From the NCBI GenBank assembly GCA_051886175.1, contig JBJEXV010000051.1:11239-75238 (forward strand): a stretch of DNA of 64,000 bases, given 5' to 3'. The stretch comes from Candidatus Coprovivens sp. (GTDB taxonomy: Bacteria > Bacillota_I > Bacilli_A > RF39 > UBA660). Positions 36,570 to 45,546 of the stretch are shown here, one piece after another. The position numbers and the translations under genes are program-made. The notes under the pieces are model-generated. The model made no database searches and was not told where the DNA came from. It saw nothing but the letters and a program-made list of their open reading frames with translations. Positions within the stretch are counted from its first letter, which is position 1, and each line of letters starts with the position of its first letter.

Positions 36570-37670
36570 ATGAAGAAAGATAACAAAAGTTTAATACTAT
36601 ATATTATTGGTATTTTAATGTTATTTGTAGGTTTAGCAGTAACAACAGCAAGTACAATACTAATAATTTCACATAATATAAAATCTAAAGAATATAAAGA
36701 TACAACTGCAAAAGTAGTTGCTTATGATAAAAAAGATAATGGTTTAAGAGCAATAATAATTGAATATAATGTAAATGAAAAATACTATCAAATTACATCA
36801 AAACATTATAGTAAAAAACCAGAAAAATTAGATACAGAAATAAAGATTAAATACAATCCTAAAAATCATGGTGAAATAATATGGGTTGATAACAATCGTA
36901 ATGGTAAATATCTTGCATCTGGAATTATCCTTTTAGTTGGAGATATTGCAATTTGGTTTGTAATAAATCTTAAAGATAAAAAGAAAAAAGGAACATTAGA
37001 TGATACTAAATCACTAACACCAATTCCTGAAAATGTAAAAACAGAAGAAATAAAAGAAGAACCAAAAGAAGATAAAAAAGAAACTGAATCTACAACACCA
37101 GCTGATGGAACTATATTAATTCCTATAATTCCAGAAGAAACAATTGAAGAAAAAGAAGAAATTAAAGAAGAAACTACTGAAGATAAAAAAGAAGAATATG
37201 TAGAAGAAACTAAAGAAGAACAAGAAAAAGTTGAAGTTCCTGAACCAGTAATGGTTAAAGAAGCAACAGTTGAAATTCCAATCGTTAAAGAAGTAGGGGA
37301 ACAAGTTGGTGAACCACTATTTGCTAAAGAAAAAACTCCAGCAATATTTACAACTGAAGAAGAAGCAACAGAAGAAAATGCTTTAGATGAATTTAAAAAG
37401 AAAAAAGAAGATAAACTTCCTGTTCCTGAATTACCAGAACTAGAAAGTGAAATGCCAAAACTAAACATTCCAGAAATTCCATATGATACGGATTCACCAA
37501 GAGAAGCAGTAGTAACTAATGTTTTAGAAACTACAGTGGCATTACCTGTATTAAAAAAAGAAACAATTGAACTACCTAGTGAAAAAGAAAATAAATCATT
37601 AAAAGTAAATAAAGACATCAAAAAAGATGCATTATCAAAATTACTTGATGATATTGAAAAAGAAAACTAG
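36570..37670 (+). CDS. DUF3592-like membrane protein with a long Glu/Lys/Pro-rich C-terminal tail
   Basis: Two TM segments flank a small beta domain (TAKVVAYDKKDNGLRAIIIEYNVNEKYYQITS..IKIKYNPKN), followed by about 230 aa of acidic low complexity. Confidence 0.65.
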   Translation: MKKDNKSLILYIIGILMLFVGLAVTTASTILIISHNIKSKEYKDTTAKVVAYDKKDNGLRAIIIEYNVNEKYYQITSKHYSKKPEKLDTEIKIKYNPKNHGEIIWVDNNRNGKYLASGIILLVGDIAIWFVINLKDKKKKGTLDDTKSLTPIPENVKTEEIKEEPKEDKKETESTTPADGTILIPIIPEETIEEKEEIKEETTEDKKEEYVEETKEEQEKVEVPEPVMVKEATVEIPIVKEVGEQVGEPLFAKEKTPAIFTTEEEATEENALDEFKKKKEDKLPVPELPELESEMPKLNIPEIPYDTDSPREAVVTNVLETTVALPVLKKETIELPSEKENKSLKVNKDIKKDALSKLLDDIEKEN

Positions 37671-37680
37671 GAGGATAATT

Positions 37681-39753
37681 ATGAAAAAAATAATAATTTT
37701 ATTAATCCTATTACTACTACCAATTACAATTAATGCTGAACAAATTAAAACAGACCCAGTTCTAATAGGAACAACAATTGGAAAAGAAACAAACGATACC
37801 GCATTATCTAATATTACATTTTATCAAAATGAATTAGGTGAATTTGGTATTACTGGTACAATCAAAAATAAAATACCTTTAAAAACAAATTATGAATTAG
37901 TAGTTAACTATTATGACTTATATAATAACAAAATATTTTCACAAGAATTAGAAGAAGTAGTTAAACCAAATAAATCAAAAGAAATAATTACAAAAACTAA
38001 TATAAATGAAAATCCATTATTATATTCAATTTCTAAATATTCAATTGAAGTAGTAACAACATCTAAAGAACTAGATAAACAATCTTATACTATTTCAAAC
38101 TATGATATTAATATAGAAGTAAAAGAAGATAACACTTATAAAGTAACTGAAAATATTACAGTAGATTATAAAAAAGATAATAAACCATTTATTAGAACAA
38201 TCCCTATAAATATAAAAGAAGATTTATACAAAAAAACTTCTATAAGAAATTTAAAGATTGATTCAGAATATAGTTTTAGAAAAACAAAAGATAACTATAT
38301 TATTGAAATAGATGGCACAGCTACAAAAGATTCTAAAAAAGAATATCAAATAACATATGAATATAACTATGGTAAAGATTCAAATGATGAATATGATATT
38401 TTATATTACATACTAAATGGTATTACTAATGATACAGTAGTAACAAATTTAACATTTAACATTGAAATGCCTAAAGAATTTGATAAAGATAATGTAGAAA
38501 TAGCAATTATCAATAAAGATGTAGAAACTAAAAATAGTATTATTTATACAGTGGATAAAAATATTATCTCTGGTAAATATTTAGAAACATTATATCCAGA
38601 AGAAAGTATGATTATTCAATTACAATTACCAAATAATTATTTTGAAAAAGCTAAAGAAGAACATTCTCTAAGTATATTTATAATGATTATTGTTCCAATG
38701 ATATCAGTAATGATAGCTTTCTCAATGTGGTATGCATTTGGTAAAGATAATAAATATACTAAAAAGAAAATAACTACAGTTCCAGATAGACTTAATAGTA
38801 TGGAAATCGGTTATTTATATAAAGGAAGAACATCTAATTTAGATTTAGCTACAATAATCTTAGATTTCGCTAATAGAGGATACATAAAAATAGAAGAAGA
38901 TAAATCTGATTTCTCTTTAATAAAATCTTTTGAATTACATAAACTAAAAGAATATAGAGGAAATAATAACAAAGAAAGACTTATCTTTGAAAACTTATTT
39001 AAAAATAGAGATGTAGTAACACCAGAAGATATAGATCAAAACTTCTATAACGCAGTAATGAATGTAACTGAAGATTTAAATGATATTGAAAATCGAGGTA
39101 GAATATTTGAAAATACAAATAATCAAACATTCATAACAGTATTACTAACTATTATAAGTTTATTTACTATTATGTTTATCCCATCTATTGAATATGGTTC
39201 AATTGATGACACAGTTATATCAATATTTATGATAAGTTTATATATATTAATATATGCTGCTGTATATTCTCTAGCTAGAGAAAAAATATTTAGAATACTA
39301 ATAGTTATAATAATTGCTATACATACAATTTCATATATAGCAACAATTCCTCTAGCATATGCATTAGTAAATGATATTGGTTACTTATTAGCTTTCATAT
39401 TTGGTTTATTATGTTTAATACTATTAATAATGTTTATTAAAATAATGCCAAAAAGAACAATATATGGAAATAAAATGTTAGGAAGAATAATGGGATTTAA
39501 AAACTACTTAGAAAACATTACAAAAGATGAAATCAAAGCTAAATTAAAAGACAATCCAAACTTCTTCTACGATATGTTACCTTATACTATTGTTTTAGGA
39601 ATATCTAATGTATGGATTAAAAAATTTGAAAACATAAAAATGTCTAAACCAGAATGGACTAGTGTAAAACCATTCCACTTCTCATCATTCTGCGCATTCA
39701 TTACACATGGAATCAATACATTAGAACGAAACATAAGAAACTATTACAGATAA
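37681..39753 (+). CDS. DUF2207-family membrane protein
   Basis: Signal peptide MKKIIILLILLLLPITINA, an N-terminal extracellular domain, TM, a cytoplasmic segment (MEIGYLYKGR..), and C-terminal TM bundles. This is the architecture of DUF2207. GGAGG RBS; the ORF track starts at 37627. Confidence 0.7.
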   Translation: MKKIIILLILLLLPITINAEQIKTDPVLIGTTIGKETNDTALSNITFYQNELGEFGITGTIKNKIPLKTNYELVVNYYDLYNNKIFSQELEEVVKPNKSKEIITKTNINENPLLYSISKYSIEVVTTSKELDKQSYTISNYDINIEVKEDNTYKVTENITVDYKKDNKPFIRTIPINIKEDLYKKTSIRNLKIDSEYSFRKTKDNYIIEIDGTATKDSKKEYQITYEYNYGKDSNDEYDILYYILNGITNDTVVTNLTFNIEMPKEFDKDNVEIAIINKDVETKNSIIYTVDKNIISGKYLETLYPEESMIIQLQLPNNYFEKAKEEHSLSIFIMIIVPMISVMIAFSMWYAFGKDNKYTKKKITTVPDRLNSMEIGYLYKGRTSNLDLATIILDFANRGYIKIEEDKSDFSLIKSFELHKLKEYRGNNNKERLIFENLFKNRDVVTPEDIDQNFYNAVMNVTEDLNDIENRGRIFENTNNQTFITVLLTIISLFTIMFIPSIEYGSIDDTVISIFMISLYILIYAAVYSLAREKIFRILIVIIIAIHTISYIATIPLAYALVNDIGYLLAFIFGLLCLILLIMFIKIMPKRTIYGNKMLGRIMGFKNYLENITKDEIKAKLKDNPNFFYDMLPYTIVLGISNVWIKKFENIKMSKPEWTSVKPFHFSSFCAFITHGINTLERNIRNYYR

Positions 39754-39779
39754 GATTCGATATTATCGAATCTTTTTTT
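39753..39779 (+). terminator. Rho-independent terminator
   Basis: AGATTCGATA / TATCGAATCT followed by T7. Confidence 0.7.
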
Positions 39780-39810
39780 GTTTGCAATAAAATAGGTTAG
39801 GTTGCAACTA

Positions 39811-40068
39811 ATGACAAGGCAAGTAATATGGACTAAAGCAGTACTAGAAGCATTTATAATTGAAGGAAACCTAAACCCTCGTCAAGAATATATAATTCGT
39901 TCTAGAGCTCAAGGATTATCAATAGTAGAACAAGCTGCTCACCTTAATTTAAGTGTCGATCAAGTTAATAAAGATATTGCAACCTTAAAGAAAATATATG
40001 ATATAACCCAAAAGACAAGTAAAATACTTCCCGAAAGAAAAAAGAACAAAAAAGAATTATATAAATAA
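39811..40068 (+). CDS. Small stand-alone HTH protein resembling sigma-70 region 4
   Basis: 85 aa. LSIVEQAAHLNLSVDQVNKDIATLKK looks like a region-4/LuxR-type HTH, followed by a basic tail. The start ATG 39811 is preferred over TTG 39802. Confidence 0.45.
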   Translation: MTRQVIWTKAVLEAFIIEGNLNPRQEYIIRSRAQGLSIVEQAAHLNLSVDQVNKDIATLKKIYDITQKTSKILPERKKNKKELYK

Positions 40069-40090
40069 TTCTATTTTTTTTACAATTTTC

Positions 40091-40129
40091 ATTACAGTTT
40101 TATTACAGAAATATTACAATAACATTACG
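40091..40129 (+). repeat. Four direct ATTAC(A/G) repeats phased at exactly 11 bp
   Basis: ATTACA at 40091, 40102 and 40113, and ATTACG at 40124. A related TTTACA lies at 40079. They sit between a terminator T-run and the csp -10 element (TATAAT 40152-40157). Confidence 0.8.
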
Positions 40130-40189
40130 TGTTTATACCACCTATATTTAATATAATAAGAACGTGCTAAACAATAAGGAGGAATACAT

Positions 40190-40402
40190 ATGGAAAGCAA
40201 AGTTAAGTGGTTCAATAATTCGAAAGGTTACGGGTTTATAGAGTATACAGATACTGAAGATATCTTTGTACATTATTCAGCTATCGATTCCCGTGGATAT
40301 AAAACATTACAAGAAGGACAATGTGTGAATTTTGATTTAATAAAAACTGATAAAGGATTTCAAGCAAGAAACGTACAATCAATACCATCACTAATTAAAT
40401 AA
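40190..40402 (+). CDS. Cold-shock protein (CspA family)
   Basis: KWFNNSKGYGFI (RNP-1) and DIFVHYSAI (RNP-2). 70 aa, AAGGAGG RBS. Confidence 0.95.
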   Translation: MESKVKWFNNSKGYGFIEYTDTEDIFVHYSAIDSRGYKTLQEGQCVNFDLIKTDKGFQARNVQSIPSLIK

Positions 40403-40534
40403 TAAAAAAATATGTTTTGCACAAACAAAAAACATTTTTGTATATCAAAAATGTTTTTTTATGAACAAATTTACTCTAATTCATTTACTATTTATTAAAA
40501 ATAAATTATTATTAATAATAGGAGGAAGTATAAA

Positions 40535-42019
40535 ATGCAAAGAGAACATAAAAAGGGGAATTTGTTTTTATTAATATTAAAAATCGTGTTCCTATTCTTA
40601 GTTACAGATTTTGTAACAAGTAATGTGCCCGCTTTAATGACTAGAGCAGTTAACACAGGTAAGTTTGGGTTATCATTCATCGTTGAAATGTTTGCTGTAT
40701 TAGTAATATTCATAGTAATGATGATGAGTAAAAATCAATATGTGTTTACGGAAAAAAAAGAAGGGTTCTTTAAATCAATTATCTTAGGATTACCACTATT
40801 AATAATTGCATTATTAGTAGGTATAATAAACATTCCTAGTATATTTGAACCATCATTTAATCTAAGTAACTTATTAACATTAGCAATGTTTTGCGTTTCA
40901 ATAGGATTATATGAAGAATTCCTATGTCGTGGATGGTTATTAAATGAGTTCTTAGAACAATATGGTAGAACAAGAAAACAAGTAATAATATCTATATTTA
41001 TTAGTGCTTTAATATTTGGTTTAATGCATATTTCAAACATATGGGTAGGTGGACAATCAGTATCTATAACAATTATCCAAATTATTCAAGCAACAGCGAT
41101 AGGTATGCTATTTGGAGCAGTTTACTATCGTACTAAAAATATTTGGGCAGTAGTATTCTTACATGGATTCTATGACTTCTGTGTATTCCTAAGTAGTGTA
41201 AATACTTTAAAAGATTGCCATGCAGTTACTGAATCAATCTCATTAATTCAAATAATGACAACAGGTATGTTAGTAGGAATATACCTAATAACTACATTTA
41301 TAATTTTAAGAAAGAGTAAAACAAATCATCTGATTCCAGATGAAAATGCAATTACTTCACAAGAACACGAAAAATCAGAAAACTTCAAAAAAATAGCATT
41401 AGTAGTAATATTCTGTTTAGTATTCTTACCAATGCCACCAATGGCTGAAGAAGAGAATGAAATGATATGTTATGACTATAAAGAAAAAGAATTAAAAGGA
41501 ACTGAGTTCCATTATCCAAGTTATTCAACATACCAATTAACAGAAGAAGAACAAGTAACAGAAGTAGTAACTACAGTTGATCCAATCGATCCAACAATCG
41601 TAACAACACAAGAAGTAGAAACTATAAAAGAACATACTATTAAATTTGCAGTAGATGATCAAAAACTAGTTATCGATTTAGATGGTAATAAAGCTAGTGT
41701 TAAATTTAATCATCCAATCGAAATGATTTTATTAGAACAAAAAGATAATTATCTATTACTTATTCATGAACAAAATATGACATCTAGGGAATCAACAATC
41801 CATTATAGTAACTTTATTAAAAAGGGTGAAGTTAAAAATACTAAAAAATATTTAGAAGACTTATCTAAATCTTTAGAAAAAGAACTAGTACCTGATGTAA
41901 ATAGTATAGGTTATATAACAACAAGAGATAGTGAATATAAATATCCAATACTATATGTTGGAACAAGTAATTATCTATTCTTAGATGAAAATAACGAATT
42001 ATTTATTTTAAAGAACTAA
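40535..42019 (+). CDS. CPBP-family intramembrane glutamic endopeptidase with about 230 aa C-terminal extension
   Basis: The motifs EEFLCRGW, FGLMH and HGFYD occur in canonical order across about 8 TM segments. The C-terminal soluble domain is unassigned. Confidence 0.82.
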   Translation: MQREHKKGNLFLLILKIVFLFLVTDFVTSNVPALMTRAVNTGKFGLSFIVEMFAVLVIFIVMMMSKNQYVFTEKKEGFFKSIILGLPLLIIALLVGIINIPSIFEPSFNLSNLLTLAMFCVSIGLYEEFLCRGWLLNEFLEQYGRTRKQVIISIFISALIFGLMHISNIWVGGQSVSITIIQIIQATAIGMLFGAVYYRTKNIWAVVFLHGFYDFCVFLSSVNTLKDCHAVTESISLIQIMTTGMLVGIYLITTFIILRKSKTNHLIPDENAITSQEHEKSENFKKIALVVIFCLVFLPMPPMAEEENEMICYDYKEKELKGTEFHYPSYSTYQLTEEEQVTEVVTTVDPIDPTIVTTQEVETIKEHTIKFAVDDQKLVIDLDGNKASVKFNHPIEMILLEQKDNYLLLIHEQNMTSRESTIHYSNFIKKGEVKNTKKYLEDLSKSLEKELVPDVNSIGYITTRDSEYKYPILYVGTSNYLFLDENNELFILKN

Positions 42020-42064
42020 AAAGTATGATAAAATAGAACTAATGATAGAATAGCGGTGGTATAA

Positions 42065-44497
42065 ATGATATGTAACAAATGTGGAAATACAATTGGACCA
42101 GGACATCAGTTCTGTGATAAATGTGGTACACAAGTAGGAATGGTTAACCAACAAGCGCAAATGGGTGGAGTTCAAAATCAAGGGTCAGTTGTATTAAATC
42201 AACCAATTGAACAATTAGAACCAGTTACAATGGCCCAACAAAATCCAATGAGCGGTAACATGAATGTTCAAAATACACAACCTGGATTGCAAACAAACCC
42301 ATTTGATACATTCCAACAACCAACAAGTGCTGCACCAGCACCGATGCAGCAATCGGTTTCTGGTGGAAATGAAATGTTCTTTGGAGCACCAACTCTAGCA
42401 CCACAACAACCAGTACAACAAATGCAACAAAATATGGGAATGCAACAACCAGTACAACCTGCGTACATGCAACCAATCCAACCTGTTGCACCAGTTGGAC
42501 CAAGTGGTAAAAATGGACAAGCACCTAATAAACCGTTATTAATAATGATTGGAACAGTTGCAGTTATTGCTTTAATAGCAATAGTTGCAGTGTTATTAAA
42601 ACCAACTGGAGATGTAAGTCTACAAAAAGAAGAAGGTACAAGAACAATTATGGTATACATGATTGGTTCAGATCTAGAATCTACACAAGGTTCAGCAACA
42701 TTCGACATCGATGAAATGCTTTCAGCAGACTTCGATGAAGAAGCAGTTAACTTAGTACTTTATACAGGTGGTACAAAAAGATGGTATACATCAGAAATAT
42801 CTGAAGATGAAAACGCTATTTTCGAAATCAGTCATGGTGAATTAGTTAAGAAAAAATCTTTTGATAAAGAAATAATGACTAAAGAAGATCCACTAATTGA
42901 TTTTGTAAACTATGTATATGATAATTATGAAACAGATTTATATGACTTAATCCTTTGGGACCACGGAGGTGGACCAATATATGGATATGGTCAAGACGAA
43001 AATAGTATAGCTAACAAAGCTATGAGCTTAGAAACACTAAGCGATGCATTATCAAAGTCTAAACTAGCAAAAGAAACAAAATTTGATTTCATTGGTTTCG
43101 ATGCTTGTTTAATGGGAAGCATCGAAGTAGCGTATTCTTTAAAAGATAATGCTAATTACTTAATTGCATCAGAAGAATTAGAACCTGGTGCTGGATGGAA
43201 CTATATGTTTTTAGAAAATATTAAAGAAGAATCAACTACTAAAGAAGTAGGTCAAAACATTATAGATGAATACTTTGATTATTACGAAGATTATAATTAC
43301 AAAGGAAACTTAACACTATCATTAATCGACTTACAAGAAGTAGAAGGATTAATTACTGAAATTGATTCATTATTCTCTAAAACAGATGGTGACATCAACG
43401 TTAATACATTCTCAAAATATGCTAGAAAATTAACAAGAAAAACAGTATTCGGTAACACTGGACGTTCAAATTCTACTTATGACTTAGTAGACTTAAAAGA
43501 CTTAACAAATAGTATTAGTGATGAATATCCAGAAGAAACAGAAGCTGTTGCAACAACATTAGATCAAGTTATTGTTTATACAAAAGACAATATGGCAAAT
43601 ACAAATGGTTTATCAATTTACTTCCCAACAAATAATAAGAAGAATATTGATACTATCTTAGCTAGATACAATGATGTTAAAATTTCTAAAGAATACTATA
43701 ACTTCTTAAAAAACTATTCATCATTCATTAATGGCGATAGAATGGTAGATAAATCATTATATAGATCATCTAATGGAGCTTATACAGCTGAATCAGTAAG
43801 TATTACAATACCTCAAGATTTAGCAGATAACTATGAAAAAGCAGACTACATAATATTTAGAAAACTTGGTGAAAATAATTACATGCCAGTTTATAAGAGC
43901 AGTAATGTAGTACTAGATGGAACAACATTATCATCTGTACCCACAAATCAACAATTAATCGTTGAAAACCCAGATGGAACATCACCAGGATGGGCTACAA
44001 TGTATGAAATTGTTAGAGAAGAAGGATATACAGATTACAATATTGTTGCCATATTAGAAAAATACGATGAAACATTAGAAGAACCTCTACAATTAAGAAA
44101 TGTTAACTTAATCTATAGAGTTAAAGATGGTGAAACACAAGGAGAAATCATTGATGCTCAACTAATGTCAAATACAGAGGTTGCTAATAAAACAAGTTTA
44201 GACTTAGAAGATTGGCAAAAAATCCAATTCTTCAGTTCATCATACAAATTATATGATGCAAATAATAATTACTTAGAAGAATGGGAAAGTAATAAAGAAT
44301 ACTATATTAATACATTTGATATAGCTACTGGTTTCAATGTTAAATTCGTTGGTTTAGACTATGACTTATCATCTATTGAAATTAAAAACTTTGATGGTAC
44401 AGTAACACAAAATACAAGTTATGAATATTACTATATGTTTAGAGTGTCAGATACTCAAGGTGAAATTCACCAAATGAATTTAGTAAAGGTTAATTAA
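42065..44497 (+). CDS. Membrane-tethered clostripain-like (C11) cysteine peptidase with N-terminal zinc ribbon and Gln/Pro-rich linker
   Basis: CNKCG..(11)..CDKCG zinc ribbon, a Q/P-rich low-complexity region, one TM, then MVYMIGSDLES, ILWDHGGGP (His) and GFDACLMGSIEVAY (Cys). Confidence 0.82.
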   Translation: MICNKCGNTIGPGHQFCDKCGTQVGMVNQQAQMGGVQNQGSVVLNQPIEQLEPVTMAQQNPMSGNMNVQNTQPGLQTNPFDTFQQPTSAAPAPMQQSVSGGNEMFFGAPTLAPQQPVQQMQQNMGMQQPVQPAYMQPIQPVAPVGPSGKNGQAPNKPLLIMIGTVAVIALIAIVAVLLKPTGDVSLQKEEGTRTIMVYMIGSDLESTQGSATFDIDEMLSADFDEEAVNLVLYTGGTKRWYTSEISEDENAIFEISHGELVKKKSFDKEIMTKEDPLIDFVNYVYDNYETDLYDLILWDHGGGPIYGYGQDENSIANKAMSLETLSDALSKSKLAKETKFDFIGFDACLMGSIEVAYSLKDNANYLIASEELEPGAGWNYMFLENIKEESTTKEVGQNIIDEYFDYYEDYNYKGNLTLSLIDLQEVEGLITEIDSLFSKTDGDINVNTFSKYARKLTRKTVFGNTGRSNSTYDLVDLKDLTNSISDEYPEETEAVATTLDQVIVYTKDNMANTNGLSIYFPTNNKKNIDTILARYNDVKISKEYYNFLKNYSSFINGDRMVDKSLYRSSNGAYTAESVSITIPQDLADNYEKADYIIFRKLGENNYMPVYKSSNVVLDGTTLSSVPTNQQLIVENPDGTSPGWATMYEIVREEGYTDYNIVAILEKYDETLEEPLQLRNVNLIYRVKDGETQGEIIDAQLMSNTEVANKTSLDLEDWQKIQFFSSSYKLYDANNNYLEEWESNKEYYINTFDIATGFNVKFVGLDYDLSSIEIKNFDGTVTQNTSYEYYYMFRVSDTQGEIHQMNLVKVN

Positions 44498-44509
44498 GGA
44501 GGTTAGAGT

Positions 44510-45490
44510 ATGAAATATTGTGATAAATGTGGTGCACAAATCCCGGAAGGAAGTTTAGCATGTCCAGCATGCCAAACTCCAGTAACAGTATTACCTGTTA
44601 CAAATGTTCAACCAACATACGCACCTGATCAAAATCCAGTTGCTCCAGTTGAACAACTAACACCTGTTAGTCCTGATGTAACTCCAGTACAACCTGCATC
44701 AGTTGCACCAGTACAACCTGCAGTGGCACCAGTACAACCGAATTATACTCAACCGGTTGCTCCTGTGCCTCCTGCACAACCAAAACAAAAAAGTGCTGGT
44801 ATTCCAGTAGTTGTAGCAATTATTTTACTAGTAATTGTTGCAATATCAGGATTACTCCTAGGAAGAGTATTCTTCGGTAGTGCTGATTGTAAAGAAAAGA
44901 AATGTGATATTGTTACAAACGTAGATAACGATGATGAATTAGAAAATCCACAACATAATGTAGAAGCACCTAATGAAGATGAAGAAGAAGATGAACCTAC
45001 ACAAGTTGGTGCGTCTAAAGAAGCTTACGTTAGTGGACATAAATTCACAATCCCTTCAAAATATTTATATGAAGTAGATAATGAAGAAATCTTATATGTA
45101 TATGATGAATCAACTGAATGGATTGCAGAAATGACATTAACTCAATATCTATACAGTACAATTTCAAGTAATATTGAAACAATAGTAAGTAACTTTACTT
45201 CTTCAGGATTCACTGTAGAAGGTTATGAAGAAAAAACAATCGCTGGTATGACTTTAATTGAAATTAAAGTAGTAGATTCTAGCGGAGTTAAAATACTAGC
45301 AGCATATACAAAAGTAAGTGATGCATATGTTGGAGTTATAACTGTTTATAACCAAACTTCAGGTAAATACGAAACTGAAAAATTTGAAGAAGTAATAGAA
45401 ATTATGGCTGGCGCTAAAAAGACAACATCTTCAAGAGATAACGCTAGTAGTAAAAGTAATGCTATCGTAAATCTTTTACCAGCAGCTTAA
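44510..45490 (+). CDS. Zinc-ribbon / Pro-rich / single-TM protein with an extracytoplasmic domain
   Basis: CDKCG..(10)..CPAC, repeats VAPVQPA, and the TM segment GIPVVVAIILLVIVAISGLLLG. It starts 12 nt after the C11 gene. Confidence 0.65.
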   Translation: MKYCDKCGAQIPEGSLACPACQTPVTVLPVTNVQPTYAPDQNPVAPVEQLTPVSPDVTPVQPASVAPVQPAVAPVQPNYTQPVAPVPPAQPKQKSAGIPVVVAIILLVIVAISGLLLGRVFFGSADCKEKKCDIVTNVDNDDELENPQHNVEAPNEDEEEDEPTQVGASKEAYVSGHKFTIPSKYLYEVDNEEILYVYDESTEWIAEMTLTQYLYSTISSNIETIVSNFTSSGFTVEGYEEKTIAGMTLIEIKVVDSSGVKILAAYTKVSDAYVGVITVYNQTSGKYETEKFEEVIEIMAGAKKTTSSRDNASSKSNAIVNLLPAA

Positions 45491-45502
45491 TTTAAACCAA
45501 AT

Positions 45503-45532
45503 AAAAAGTTCAGAATAATCTGAACTTTTTTT
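45503..45532. terminator. Bidirectional terminator between convergent genes
   Basis: AAAAAGTTCAGA / TCTGAACTTTTT. Confidence 0.75.
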
Positions 45533-45546
45533 ATTTCTTTAATTAA

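Noticed and set aside
36866-37621. A 251-aa ORF on the minus strand, plus the smaller one at 37116..37304
   Set aside because: It is the mirror image of the GAA/AAA-rich acidic tail of the + strand gene 36570..37670. The product is Ser/Phe low complexity with no RBS. It is an antisense artefact.
40091-40129. A CRISPR-like or minisatellite array
   Set aside because: The repeat unit is only 6 bp within an 11-bp period, and the array totals about 40 bp in a promoter region. It is not a CRISPR array. I saw no CRISPR array or cas gene anywhere in the window.
42225-42708. Two overlapping minus-strand ORFs (99 and 146 aa)
   Set aside because: They lie opposite the Gln/Pro-rich linker of the C11 peptidase gene. 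The Cys/Gly/Val-rich products are typical of antisense CAA/CCA repeats. There are no start signals.
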